From the human T2T-CHM13v2.0 reference genome, Homo sapiens, in the NCBI RefSeq assembly GCF_009914755.1, contig NC_060946.1: a DNA stretch of 64,000 nt; one strand, given 5' to 3'. The position numbers were made by a program, and so were the translations under genes. Of this stretch, positions 12,882 to 30,331 are shown piece after piece (within the stretch, counting starts at the first letter, position 1; each line of letters opens with the position of its first letter). The notes under the pieces were generated by a model that was not told the origin of the DNA, did not search any database, and worked only from the letters and a program-made list of their open reading frames with translations.

Positions 12882-13346
12882 CTGCAATACAGAAACAAAG
12901 CTTTTTGAGGGGTATGTCATGTTGTGGATTGTTTGCACAAGGCTCTGTTTCTCTCAATGAATACTGAAAACTTGATCAGAAAGTGTAGTCAACTTCAAGG
13001 CCTCCAAAACAAGAGTAGGATACACACTGGAAAAGACATCAGCTTCTGGATGGTGGATCTCTCAGGTCCACGTAGGTTGGCAAGTGCAAAATACTGAATC
13101 CAAGGAGAAGACATTGCTTCCAAGGACAAGGACCCCAAGGATACAGTCTACAACCTGAAGCCGTCATAGCTAAATGCCATTTTGGATTACATATCAGTTG
13201 CTAAGAGTCACTTCTTCCTCCCCCTCAGAAAACTGCATTTAATACCTGTCATGGACATTGTCATTTTTTCACATGTAAAGTCAGTTGAAAAAGAAAGACA
13301 CCAAGAAAGGAACATTTCTATTTCAGAGAAAGCAAGGCAACCTTAC

Positions 13347-13408
13347 CCTCGCGTTGACTGGCCTCTCTCCATCTCCTCTGTCCTTGTGAACTAGAGACTC
13401 CTCAGAGG
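13347..13408 (-). other. FAM230 exon (62 nt, phase 1 to 0): ASEESLVHKDRGDGERPVNAR
   Basis: ctctgtgtcctcctag acceptor, gtaagg donor. Confidence 0.75.
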
Positions 13409-14379
13409 CTAGGAGGACACAGAGCAACAGTTAGTCATAGATGCTTTTGTTCATGAGTTATTCAGGGAGCTCTGCTTAATGTGGACAACAGGACAGTGTG
13501 TGTGGATGTGTTTCATTAAAAGCACAGCTTGAGCTCCTGCTAGAAAATCTTCCCTCGTGGAAAGACAGGCAAGAACGAGGAGCTAAGGAGCGAGAAATAG
13601 AGTCCCTGGCATTTTGCTGATGGCAACTTAAGAAAATGGGAATGAGTCAGTCTACAAATGGTACTGAAGCACATGCTATAGTTTGATGAGAGTCCCACTG
13701 CTCACACTGTGAGGTTTGAAACCCAGCTAAATGGTTTTCTAAACCTGTAAAAACAATATTAGCTTGCAGGATTTATGTCCCAAGACTACTTTTACCTCTG
13801 AGGATCCACAGTGGCTGTCACTGCAGTTATGTGTTTTAGCATTTTGCACTTGAATAAAAGCAAAGTTTAATAGATAGATTGGATTCAATTCTAGGCAAAA
13901 CAGTCTATGGTATTTATTCACTAATCCTTTGTTATAACTGCTGATGGGAGAATTAGAAGTACTGAAATTATATCCTTTAAAATTAATTAAAGCATAATTA
14001 TTAATCACACAATATTTTTTCATCCAGGCCTCCTTTTCTTTGTCATGCATGCATATTAATTGAGGATGGAGAATATCTACGCTTGTTCAGGCCAGCCAAC
14101 ATACGACAGTTTACTTCAAGAGAGGAGACATGGGTTGAATGCTGGTGTGTTTTAACTCTGCAGTGCAAACAGCTGCAACAAGTGTGGTGAACTAAACACC
14201 AGATGGCCCTTTGCTGCCTTATTTGTCATTGTGCCTTACATGTAGCTTGCAGGATTTGATTACGCTTATGTTTTGTGGTGATCATACTTTCAACTATTCC
14301 TAAAATACTGCTTCAGTCTTATCTGTTTGGGGTCAACTGCCGAGGATTTCATACAAATTAATGAAGTTTGTGAATCTAA

Positions 14380-15350
14380 AGTTCTACACAAAGGTGGAAA
14401 TATTTGCAAATCATTTATCTTGTAAGAGACTAAAATTTAGAATATATTTTAAATATATTTAAGATATATTCAAAAATCTACAGCAACAAACTAACTAAAT
14501 AAAAATCAGACAACTCTTTAAAAATGGGCAAAAGACTTCAACATATATTTCCCTAAAGAAGATACAGCCACAGATAGTAGCACAGGAAAAGCTGCTCAGG
14601 ATCATTAGTCATTAGGGAAATGCAAATGAAAAACACAAGCAGCCACCAATATACACCTACTAGGATGATTTAAAGGAAAATAAGTGTGAAGAAGGACGTA
14701 AAGAAATTGTAACCCTGATACATTGATGGTAGAAATGGATAAAGTTGCAGCCACTGTGAAAAACAGTCTGCAGTGGCTCAGAAGGTTAAATATAGAACCC
14801 CTGTTGGACCCAGGAACTCTATTCTTAGGCACCCCAAAGAATAGAGAACAGAAATCAAACAGATGTTTGTATACTAATGTTTGCAGCATCACTTTTCACA
14901 GGAGCCAAAAGGTGGAAATAATCCAACCATCAGTGAACAAATGAATGTAACAAAAGCAAGGTGGTCTGCATGCAATGCTACATCATCCATCTGTAAAAAA
15001 CGAACATCATTTTGATAGATGATACAACATGGGTGGACATTGAGAACATTATGCTTAGTGAAATAAGCCAGACACAAAAGGAATATATTGTATAATTGTA
15101 ATTACATGAAGTGCCTAGAATAGTCAAATTCATACAAGAGAAAGTGGGATAGGAATCACCATGGGCTGGAAATAGGGGGAAGGTGCTATATTGCTTATTG
15201 TGGACAAGGTTTTGTAAGAAATCATCAAAATTGTGGGTGTAGATAGTGGTGTTGGTTATGCAACCCTGTGAATATATTGAATGCCATGGAGTGCACACTT
15301 TGGTTAAAAGGTTCAAATGATAAATATTGTGTTATATATATTTCCCCACG
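14380..15350 (+). mobile_element. Old L1M (L1MB-like) 3' portion
   Basis: aaaatgggcaaaagacttcaac, tcattagggaaatgcaaat, cattatgcttagtgaaataagccagacacaaaagg. Confidence 0.85.
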
Positions 15351-15407
15351 ATAGAAAACACGCACAGCCAAGCCCAGATGCCAGTCTTGTTAGCTGCCTT
15401 CCTTTAC

Positions 15408-15473
15408 CTTCAAGAGTGGGCTGAAGCTTGTCCAATCTTTCAAGATTGCTGAAGACTGTATGATGGAAGTCAT
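15408..15473 (-). other. FAM230 exon (66 nt, phase 1 to 1): DDFHHTVFSNLERLDKLQPTLE
   Basis: tttctttcccaatgcag acceptor, AAG|gtaaag donor. Confidence 0.75.
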
Positions 15474-16280
15474 CTGCATTGGGAAAGAAATTAATGGAGA
15501 GAGGAGAAAATTTGAGAATCCACAGTACTCACCCTGCAGGGCCAAGAACTCTGTCTCCCATGCTTTGCTGTCCTGTCTCAGTATTTCCTGTGACCACCTC
15601 CTTTTTCAACTGAAGACTTTGCACCTGAAGGGGTTCCCAGGTTTTTCACCTCGGCCCTTGTCAGGACTGATCCTCTCAACTACTGACCATTTCACCTCCA
15701 TTCATGTCCATGCCACATCAGGCTGTGTTGTCTAGATGGAATGAATCCACCCCAAATGTCCCTTTCTGGAGGAAGCCACCATTATGCTGTACCTCCAAGC
15801 ATAATGGTACGTCCACACACACCAAGGCACCTCGCTCATGCAAGGTGTGTGTCCTCTAACAAAGTTTCACGCTCTAAACCCAGATAACTTTTGAAACCCA
15901 AGTTCTGTTGATTCCCCTACTTTGGGTGCTCCATAGATGCTCATTTGTCTACTAAACACTGCCCCAGGCAATTAAATATTCCAAAGTGACCAGCAGAATT
16001 TTTATGTTAATTCTGACATTGCGTTGTTAGTACAAGTGTTTTTCCCCCTTCAAATTTATGTCTTTGTTACTGATAAATGTAACTGATAATGCGTTTTTCA
16101 GCTATGTTGCCAAGCATATTTATATAAAAATATACTCAGATTGTTTTCAGAATTTGACAAAGATGATAGCAACAATGATAATCTTATTTGTTTTATACCA
16201 ATCTTTATGTGTTACTTTCATCATTTCTTACATATTGGGGCCTACCATACATTGTACGGTGAAATTAGTGCTATGCATCA

Positions 16281-16670
<390 letters not shown>

Positions 16671-18469
16671 TCAAAGCTACATTACTCATCAAAGAAAATA
16701 ACAAAACAATTAAATGTCCATTAACTGATAAATGAATAAACACTATCTGTATGAGTAAACACAGCAGACTATGAAGGAAAACACATGACCAGCACGTGCT
16801 AACACGTCAATTAACTTCAAACATAGTATGCTAAATGAAGGAAGTCAGATTCCAAATATATATATATGTCCATTTCTATTAAGCAAATGGGAAATTTATG
16901 GAGATGGAATGTCACAGCAGTATTGCTTAGGGCTGGAGATGGGAGTGGGGATTAACTGCCAGTGCGCAAGAGAGAACTTGGGTGAGGGAAACATATTTAA
17001 ATTAGATCGTGGTGATGGGTGCACACAGTATCAATTTAATAAAGCATCAAATTGTAGACCTTTTCAGTGGGCAAACTTTATGGTGGGTTCACACCCAATA
17101 TAGGTGTTAAAAATAAATTAATGTTACGGAAATTCTTGTCGGGTTTTTAACAAGCCAAGAGATATGCTGTGAAAGCAGCATTAATTCAAATGGTTGTCAC
17201 AGGTCACTTAAAGTTAGATAGTTGTCCTACAAATATAGGGTGAATGTTATTCATGAATTTCCTGAATCTATTGCAATAATCACATTTTTTTCCATTAAAC
17301 TCTTGAGGTAGCTAATTTTATTTATTGCATTTTCAATGTTAATCTACTATTTCATATATTGAGATTAACTCACATTAGTCAGAATTTACAGTATTTTAAA
17401 ATATCACAGAATTTAATTTACCTTATCTGGTTTTGGTTTCAAGACTATACTAGCCATTTCATTTAATTGTACATGTAGGGTATTCTAATTTATGGAAAAC
17501 TATTACATCTTCCTTGATTTTTTTTTTTTTTTAGAAATTACTTCTAGGGATCTATATGGTAGAGTCCATGGAGAATTGTTTTAATTCTTCATTCATGTCT
17601 TCAGTGGGTATAGGATTGGTCATATTGGTCATAGTTTTCTGCTCGGATTTCAATAAGAAACTTGTGGAAGAACCTGAAGGGTGGGATCTTTGAGGGAGCC
17701 TAAGACAGAGCAAGACAAGCTAAGAAGGAGGGCAGTGCCACAGCAGAACTGCCATTGATGCCCCCTCGCCTAGATTGCGGAAGAGACATCCAGCTGTAGA
17801 CACTGAGGTGCAGGAAAACAATGGAGCACCATCAGAGAAAGCAGTGCCCAGGAACAAGGAGGCACTGATGGTGGCAAGGGGCAAAGACAGCTGCCACGAG
17901 GCTGTTCACATGAGGGTCTCAGGCTGCATAGACACCCACACCAGCTGAGGGGTCCTGGTTTTCATAAAGTGTGTGGCTCAGCCAGGCCACCAACAAGCAG
18001 TTCACAAACAGTAGTAATACGACACTTTCCAAAGACCTTACTTGAGTAACACGGTGATCCTCACAAATTTCCAATCAGGATGGTCGCACAGTTCCTCCTG
18101 CTTTAGGACTCAGAGCCTGCCCGTGGTCACAGTGGGTAGGTGCAGACTCTGAAGATGCACTTTGGTCAGAGACCCTGCTGAACTCTGTCTAATGAGGACC
18201 TCTGTCCTGTCTGCTGACCACCGGTCAGAGGTGCAGGCTGCAGTGGGGAGTAAGAATGCCACCTTCTCAATGTTGGGAAAACTCCCTGCCAGAACTGAGA
18301 ATGGCCCTTTCTAAGCAGAAGGCAAGCTCAGACTAAAGAAGGAGGCCGAACACATCAGGTTGGCAGATTGCCAAAGATTCACTCAGGGAGAGCCCACATC
18401 CTGGGCCATCTTGGGTGGTGGCAAGATGAGGTAGACGACTGCTTTTGCAACACACACCTGACAACAAAA

Positions 18470-20030
<1,561 letters not shown>

Positions 20031-20381
20031 ATATGCTCAGTTTTTATGTCAATTTAAAACTCTCTAAAGAAATATATTAATTGAAAAATAATAATATAGC
20101 ACCACTCTTTCAGGGAGATCTATGCTTATGTTTAACAACCAGGTAAGTTCTAGACATTAGCTTGAAACATTGTCTATCATTAAACATGAACCAAAATTGA
20201 CTTTTAAGTAGATATTTACTTTTGTGGTGGTAGCAATATTTACTGACCAGGCAAATTAGAATCCTGACACATTAAAAAATATGGCTTAGTCTCTTCATAG
20301 TTTCCTCTTACATATGGGACACTGAATACTCCCCGCAACTGCAATTCTTGAATCAACTTAATTAATGAACTTCCACAGTAC

Positions 20382-20468
20382 CTTCTTGTGGGTACCTCTT
20401 CTTCTTTACCCGGGAGCCATGAGGTCTCCTACACTGGTTGGTGTGCACAGCATATCTTCTTATATTCT
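20382..20468 (-). other. FAM230 exon (87 nt, phase 1 to 1): ENIRRYAVHTNQCRRPHGSRVKKKRYPQE
   Basis: catcttctctgatag acceptor, AAG|gtactg donor; stop-free and a multiple of 3. Confidence 0.65.
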
Positions 20469-23414
20469 CTATCAGAGAAGATGCTGGTTAATGCATTTAC
20501 AATAGATAGGGCTGTTGACATCTTGCTGACAGAGGACCAGAGGGAAAATAGTGATAATCTGTTCTAAGTTTAAACTTATGATCCTTTTCTTTACAGGCTT
20601 CCAAGCAGAGCCCACTGAATCAAAGTTGGGTTTCAGGAAGATCACGGAGTTCAGTGAGCACTCAACACCTCTATCAGACAGACTGCGTGGGCAGTGCCTT
20701 CCTGGAGAGGAGAATACAGCAGGATGACTGTGAGTGCAGGGCTGGTGCAGAGTAGGGGCCCGGATTCAAATTCCACTAAGCCATGTGGACCTGGCAAGCT
20801 CATGTCCTCCCTCTGCCCTCAGTTCTCTGCACTGTCATAATGTAATTTTAGCAATACTTTTTAGGCCCTATTTAGGCCCTACTTCTTAGTATCACAGTAC
20901 AGGGCTAAAAAATCACTAAATACAGGAAAACCTTAGAGAGGACTGGTACTTCAGTAATGTTCTCTAAGTGTTTACTACAGGCCAGGAGGAATAAGCTGGA
21001 CACTCAGCAGTGGCGGAATATGGAGGGGGAACTTGGATGGCTCCGGGGCAGTGGAGCATGCTTTCCTGTTCGGCTTTTCCGTGGGCATGATGCCTTATGG
21101 TTTATGGAGAACATCAGCCCTGCAGGGGGTGCAGAGGAGGGGCTGTGGCTGAGATTTTACACTTGAGGGTGCTGACATTCAGAGATGATAAGTGACGAGC
21201 AGAACCTCAACCCCGCTGAGTGAAGGACCTGAGATGGGAAATGTATTTGGTTCCCTAGAGAGAGAGATTCCTGAAAAACTGCCACCTCTTCATCACGCCC
21301 TGTGCCAGAGACCCAAGAGACCCCTCACTGTTTTTCTCCAGTCCTCCTAGCCCAAGGTGTGTGGGTGGACAAAGGTGATGCTCTGGAGGAAATGCCTGAG
21401 ATAAGGACAGGTCCTTAATGATAAAGAATTCTCCTTCCTCTTTCAGATCCTTGACCTCCCAGTATGACAGCTTAAAGGCTGTCATCTCTGTGGCCTGCCT
21501 CCCCTTTCCCTTCACCCTGCCAGCTGCCTCTCAGTGACTGTCTCCTCCAGTGACTACACTGAGGGACCAGGGACTGCTTGCCTCCCGAGGCTGCTCAGAC
21601 CTTCCGACACTGCAAAATGATTGTCAAAAGATGGGTCTGCAAAGAGTAACTTCCCTTCCACTGATCAAACCTGAATATGCAAGCTACTGTGAATTAACTG
21701 GAAAAGTGGCCGTGTGGGCTGGTGCTTTGGTGATTTAATGAATTAAGTCTGCAACCCCCACTGCCTCCTTGACTATTGATCAGAGCTGCCTGCAATAAGG
21801 TCTGGCTAAGAATGGGCAGTGGCTGCACCAGCTCTGGGTAAAATTTGACCTAAAATGACCAGTCTCATTCACTAACCTCACCATAGTCTTATGGGTTCAA
21901 TGGACCTGTCCAATCCTTTGCTCTGTTCTCTCCATCACCTTCCTGTGTAATTTTCCTCCACCACGCACATAAGAGAAACATGGCACAGGGGAGCTAATCG
22001 CCTCTTTTATCCCCCACTTCAGGCTCACACGTAAGTTTATAGTAAAAGCCTTTTCAAATGACTGCTTTAACTGCTGCTACAGCATGTGTCATCAGTTGAA
22101 TGGAATCTGTCACGTGACTTTAAGCAACCCTTTGCTGAGAGACAAGATTCAATACTAGGGACAGTATTCTAGTGTACTACATCATTGATTTTATGTTATG
22201 AAGATCATCATTTATTGAAAATGTATAAATAATGAAGCCCAGCCTTACTCTTCAACGCTGTGTGTGTAAATCCACTGAGTGTGCTGACCCCCACGCTTGT
22301 ACCCACCTGCTAACACAGAAAGGGTCCACTCAGAAGGCAGGCACAGCTCCAGCACTGAGGCTGTCCACACCAGCTTCACAAGAGGGTTGCCACAAGGACG
22401 ACGGATACCCGGATAACAACCAAATGGTAATTTGAGTACTTAATGGTCATGATCCCTAAAGTGTGTAGCTCAGAGGGCTTGTGGTGATAACTCCATCAAG
22501 ACTCTAAAGCATCTCCCCAATTCTTACTGGACTTGATCCATGTCTTGAGGAGACCCAGCTATGACACGCAGGCACCACGTTGTCCTACTTAGTGCCTCCC
22601 TTAGTGTTTCAGAACCTGTGATTTGATCAGAAACATGGGCTTTCTATGTTGGTTTCACACTAAGGACTATGTGACACCTGCAGGAAGATGTCTACATAGC
22701 TACCTGGATTATGAGATCATGAGGCTGTCTTATGTGAGGGATGGCGTTTGGGATCTCTGCAGGCGTGGGTAATTCCAGGCATAGAGGGTGCTGGAACTCC
22801 CTTGCATGGTGAATAGTGATCTCTTCACTGGCTGATAAATAGTGGTTGTAGTTCAGGCCTTCAACATTAGCACCGTATGAGGAAACATTTTGACTCTTCA
22901 CTATGCAGCAAGTGAACCAGGGCACATTTATTTATGTGGCTTAGTTTCTCCATCTGGCATGTGGGCTCAATAAACAAGCTCACAACATATGGGCATGATG
23001 ATGATGAGGTGTGAACTAATGTAAGTAAAGTATGTGGTCTGATTTGTTAAATTAAGAAACATGGCACTGAGAGTTGTGCTGGGTAAACACAACATTTTTT
23101 TCCTAGGGGAAACACACATAGACACACATTCACAAGCAAATCATGCAGACTTGCACACAGACCACCTCACCCCACCCCCGCCCTAATACACACATACCCA
23201 CACACAACCTAATGTGAACATGTTCCCAGAAACTATACATAGATAAAAAGAGTATGTCACCAGGAAAACCAGTTTCTTTTACTATACCCTACATCCTCAT
23301 TCCCACCAGATGTCTTGGATCATGGAGGCTCTCCAGACAAAAGCCAGCAGTTAAGCTCCAGATTTCCTGTAGAATCCTTTTCTAACAACCAGTGAGTGAT
23401 TCCAGAATACGTAC

Positions 23415-23439
23415 CATTGAATGTGCTCCCTGAAGTCAC
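23415..23439 (-). other. FAM230 exon (25 nt, phase 0 to 1): VTSGSTFN
   Basis: ttttccttctctaattacag acceptor, gtacgt donor. Confidence 0.7.
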
Positions 23440-23907
23440 CTGTAATTAGAGAAGGAAAACACTCTGAGAATCAGGCTATGCTATGGATGGCTCACACAGG
23501 TCTTTTGTTCACTTGGAAACTCTGGGTAACCAAGACTGGAAATAAGGTTCAAGTCAAAAGCCCCAACTCTAGAGTAGAGTTGCCTTAGGAAAGCACAGGA
23601 GCTTTTGTTGAAGAATGTTTCTGTCTAGGTAATTTTTGAGTAGCAATTGCAGAATTCTTATCTAAAGTGGAAAGCTTGTTCCTGAAGAAAACATCCCTTA
23701 ACACCCAGTGTACTATCTGACACTGCCAATTTTGCACGTCCTCTGGAATCAGGTGTCAGTTGGTAAAATACACCTCCTCCATCCCCAAGGAAATATTATC
23801 TAACACCTATAATGTAGTGGAGAATTTTCCCATAGCTGATATCAACTGAAAAATAAAGGATCCAAGAAAACAACATTTACATCTTAGGCAAAGACAGGCT
23901 ACTTTAC

Positions 23908-23966
23908 CTTGGTAGTAGAGTAGGGCTTCCTTTTCACACGCTTTTTGGAAGGCTTCTTCGAGTCAC
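23908..23966 (-). other. FAM230 exon (59 nt, phase 1 to 0): GDSKKPSKKRVKRKPYSTTK
   Basis: ccctccacatcccctag acceptor, AAG|gtaaag donor. Confidence 0.7.
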
Positions 23967-24474
23967 CTAGGGGATGTGGAGGGACACAGCATGGCTGTCA
24001 GTTCATTGGCAGTGCTACTCATGAATGACTCAGGGACTGGAACTTAGGGGCGTGCCTGGTTAACAAGCATGGAATGAGCTTCTCCTGGACCATCTTCTTC
24101 ACGGACCAAGGAAGGCAAAGAAAGAGCAGCAAGGAAATGAGAGTAGAGCCCTTGGCTTTCCAGGTAATGGCAAATGAAAGCAACGTGAAATAATCAACTC
24201 CAAATGAACAAATGCTAAAACACATGCTACGATTCAACCACAGCATCCTGTCACTTCTTCAGACCCTTTAAAAGCCCAGCAGGACTGCCACTACCTTCTT
24301 GACATCGACCAAGTCCCTTTCAACCTCCACAGACCCACATACACTGCTACTGCATTTATCATGGAGGGTATAGGGTTCTGCCCTGTTTATGTGTGAATTT
24401 TTTAAAAACTAGATTTAATACCATGCACCAGCATTAATTGTATTTATTTCTTTTCTTGGTTATGAAAATAATCA

Positions 24475-24587
24475 GTCAGGCATAGTGGCTCACACCTGTA
24501 ATCCCAGCAGTTTGGAAGGTGGAGGTGGGTGGATCATTTGAGGTCAGGAGTTCGAGACCAGCCTGACCAACATGGTAAAACCCCATC
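24475..24587 (+). mobile_element. Alu left-monomer fragment, abruptly truncated
   Basis: gtggctcacacctgtaatcccagc ... aacatggtaaaaccccatc followed by non-Alu sequence. Confidence 0.9.
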
Positions 24588-24706
24588 ATTGAAGATAAAT
24601 GTTTTATATCCATGGTTAACAGATGAGATGACCATGAAATGAACACCAGTGTACTGGGTGGAGCAGCTTATCTATTCAGTCTTCGGCACTAAAACCTGTG
24701 AAACAA
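24496..24706 (-). other. Candidate FAM230 exon ending in the antisense Alu (ATGs at 24589 and 24586)
   Basis: Acceptor ttgtttcacag near 24707; donor CAG|gtgtga after 24496; phase 1 from the ATGs. Confidence 0.45.
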
Positions 24707-25530
24707 TATCATCTTGCCTTATTTACTAACAAATACAAGTGCCTCTAAACTTAGACAGTTTCCAAGTCATGGAACTGATGAGCACTTAGCTCCTGCAGAG
24801 AGCTCTGGATGATGGGTCGGGAGAACAAAGACACAATACATCAAAACAGCATTCACAAGTAAACAGGTTTTCAAAGCCCTCTACATGCAAATTTACACAA
24901 TTATCCTTTTAATTTTTATCTTCATATATATGTACATAATCTACTTGCTTCTGAGTATAAATCAAACTGTATGTTCTTAGTTAATAGTCTCTATAAATTC
25001 ACTCTATTTATCTTTCTGAGTTGAAATACTGCATCTCATTGGATAACAAAAAAAAAAATTTGACTAAGATTACACTGGAAAGGTGAGTAGGTTGGGTGAT
25101 TGACTGTGATTGACAATTCCATGATTCTGGATAACTTCCAAAGCATAAAAATAAATGTGTGTTTTCTTTCACACGTAGACAATACACATGCTTATTACTT
25201 TAAAAAATTAATATGTGCATGGAAGTGACTTACTACAAATATATTAAAGTAAATACACATTTCACAAAAAAAGAAGAGAGGAAGGGAAAAACATGTTAAA
25301 AACAAAGAGAGTTACATTTTATTGTGTGAAAAGCCTCCAACGGATCCTTACTACTGTGGCTTTGTTCCAAAGTTTTGGAAAGTAATGATTTCATAGGTTC
25401 TTAATTGGGTTAAAAACAGCATTAAAATAGACTTCGCCATATTCTCCCCAGGGGAATAACTTAATCTGTGGGGTGGGGGATGGAACGTTGAAGGATGCAG
25501 GTTGAAGGATGCAGGATGTAAAAGGAAATT

Positions 25531-26158
25531 ATATATATATTATGACATATATTATATTATATATATTATGACATATATTATATTATGACATATATTATAT
25601 ATGACATATATATAATATATGATAATTATATTATGTATATAATATATATTATTTATATATATTATATATATTATATATATGATATATAATTATTTATTAT
25701 ATATTATATATTATATAATATATAATATATAATTATATATCATATATATTATATATATAATATATATTATTTATTATATATTATATAATATATAATATAT
25801 ATAATATATAATTATATATTATATATTATATATTATATATTATATATAATATATAAATAATATATATTATATACATAATATATAATATATAATATATATA
25901 ATATATATAATATATAATATTATACATATTATATATAATATATATTATATATACTATATATATTATATATAATATATATTATATATACTATATATATTAT
26001 ATATAGTATATATATTTTATATATAATATAAAATATATATAATATATTACATATAATGTATATATTATATATAATATATATGTTATATATATTATATATT
26101 ATATAAAATATATATAATATATTATATATTATATATATTATATATATATATATAAAAT
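25531..26158. repeat. AT-rich low-complexity block 1
   Basis: Almost pure (TA/TAA/TTA)n. Confidence 0.98.
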
Positions 26159-26190
26159 TTGGGAATTTGGGAATAAACGGACTCCCAATT

Positions 26191-26349
26191 CACACTGGGA
26201 CTACACCAGCTGCCACCATGCCTGGCTAATTGATTGTATTTGTAGTAGAGACAGGGTTTCACTGTATTCGCCAGGATGGTCTTGATCTCCTCACCTTGTG
26301 ATCCTCTTGCCTTGGCCTCCCAAAGTGCTGGGATTACAGGCCTGAGTCA
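26191..26349 (-). mobile_element. Alu fragment of cassette 1
   Basis: Antisense left monomer and part of the right monomer. Confidence 0.9.
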
Positions 26350-26911
26350 AGATACATATTTTTTAAATGAAGAAAAATTTCAAAGATACTCTGCTTGGTA
26401 CAGTAATCAAATATATAAATTGAGGAATAAAACATAATCATGAAACATATTTATAACTGCATATGGAAAATACAGAGGCTAATTTTTTAAATAACATATT
26501 TTGAAAGCATTAACTAGTAATTTGAAAAGATCGCATTTGACAGGCCAGTATGAACATACCTTGAATGCAGCCACACAGGTTCCCCATAAGAAAAATCAAA
26601 ATCAGGGAAAATGAAACCACAATGGTTCAATCTGCTCTGACCTTTGAAAAACTCAGCACAGATAGTGGCACGTAGGACCAAGGGCAGGAGATCCCTAATC
26701 CCATCACCATGGTGATAGGGCATAAACATTCCAGGGTGAAGGCACAATCCACACTGTGAGGTCCAACTGCTGCCATGCAGACAGGTGGGCTTTTACAACT
26801 ACAGGAAGGTCATCAAAGGCTCAGTGTTTTGTTTCAAAAACTGAATCCCAAGCCCACACATTATTATGCTGGCTTCTTAAAATAAGTTATGAGATGGGAA
26901 ATAGGGCACCC
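26350..26911. repeat. HSAT1(B)/DYZ2-like unit, copy 1
   Basis: ~560-bp unit present five times in the window, always between an Alu fragment and an AT-rich block: the tripartite HSATI/Alu/AT cassette known from 22q11 and Yq12. Confidence 0.8.
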
Positions 26912-27034
26912 AAAAATATATATATATATAATTATATATAATATAATATATAGTATATATATAATATATTTAATATATTTTTTATATATATATATATAAA
27001 ATTTGGGAATTTGGGAATAAACTGAATCCCAATT

Positions 27035-27193
27035 CACACTGGGACTACACCAGCTGCCACCATGCCTGGCTAATTTTTTCTATTTGTAGTAGAGACAGGG
27101 TTTCACTGTATTGGCCAGGATGGTCTTGATCTCCTCACCTTGTGATCCTCTTGCCTTGGGCTCCCAAAGTGCTGGGATTACAGGCCTGAGTCA
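27035..27193 (-). mobile_element. Alu fragment of cassette 2
   Basis: Near-identical to 26191-26349. Confidence 0.9.
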
Positions 27194-27757
27194 AGACACA
27201 TATTTTTTAAATGAAGAAAAATTTCAAAGATACTCTGCTTGGTACAATAATCAAATATATAAATTGAGGAATAAAACATAATCATGAAACATATTTATAA
27301 CTGCATATGGAAAATACAGAGGCTAATTTTTTAAATAATATATTTTGAAAGTATTAACTAGTAATTTGAAAAGATCGCATTTGACAGGCCAGTAAGAACA
27401 TACCTTGAATGCAGCCACACAGGTTCCCCATAAGAAAAATCAAAATCAGGGAAAATGAAACCACAATGGTTCAATCTGCTCTGACGTTTGAAAAACTCAG
27501 CACAGATAGTGGCACTTAGGACCAAGGGCAGGAGATCCCTAATCCCATCACCATGGCGATAGGGCATAAACATTCCAGGGTGAAGGCACAATCCACACTG
27601 TGAGGTCCAACTGCTGCCATGCAGACAGGTGAGGGCTTTTACAACTACAGGAAGGTCATCAAAGGCTCAGTGTTTTGTTTCAAAAACTGAATCCCAAGCC
27701 CACACATTATTATGCTGGCTTCTTAAAATAAGTTATGAGATGGGAAATAGGGCACCC
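27194..27757. repeat. HSAT1(B)-like unit, copy 2
   Basis: 844-bp offset from copy 1 (ORF track 26514 vs 27358). Confidence 0.8.
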
Positions 27758-29765
<2,008 letters not shown>

Positions 29766-30331
29766 AAGATACATATTTTTTAAATGAAGAAAAATTTCAA
29801 AGGTACTCTGCTTGGTACAATAATCAAATATATAAATTGAGGAATAAAACCTAACCATGAAACATATTTATAACTGCATATGGAAAATACAGAGGCTAAT
29901 TTTTTAAATAACATATTTTGAAAGCATTAACTAGTAATTTGAAAAGATCGCATTTGACAGGCCAGTATGAACATACCTTGAATGCAGCCACACAGGTTCC
30001 CCATAAGAAAAATCAAAATCAGGGAAAATGAAACCACAAAGGTTCAATCTGCTCTGACCTTTGAAAAACTCAGCACAGATAGTGGCACTTAGGACCAAGG
30101 GCAGCAGATCCCTAATCCCATCACCATGGCGATAGGGCATAAACATTCCAGGGTGAAGGCACAATCCACACTGTGAGGTCCAACTGCTGCCATGCAGACA
30201 GGTGTGCTTTCACATGTACAGGAAGGTCATCGAAGGCTCAGTGTTTCATTTCAAAAACTGAATCCCAAGTCCACACATTATTATGCTGTGCTTCTTAAAA
30301 TAAGTTATGAGATAGGAAATAGGGCACCCCC
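29766..30331. repeat. HSAT1(B)-like unit, copy 3
   Basis: Same unit as copies 1 and 2, slightly more diverged. Confidence 0.8.

Noticed and set aside
13797-14157. Two further exon-like segments in FAM230
   Set aside because: Both introduce stops in the expected phase and have weaker sites; treated as a possibly decayed module and left out of the ORF
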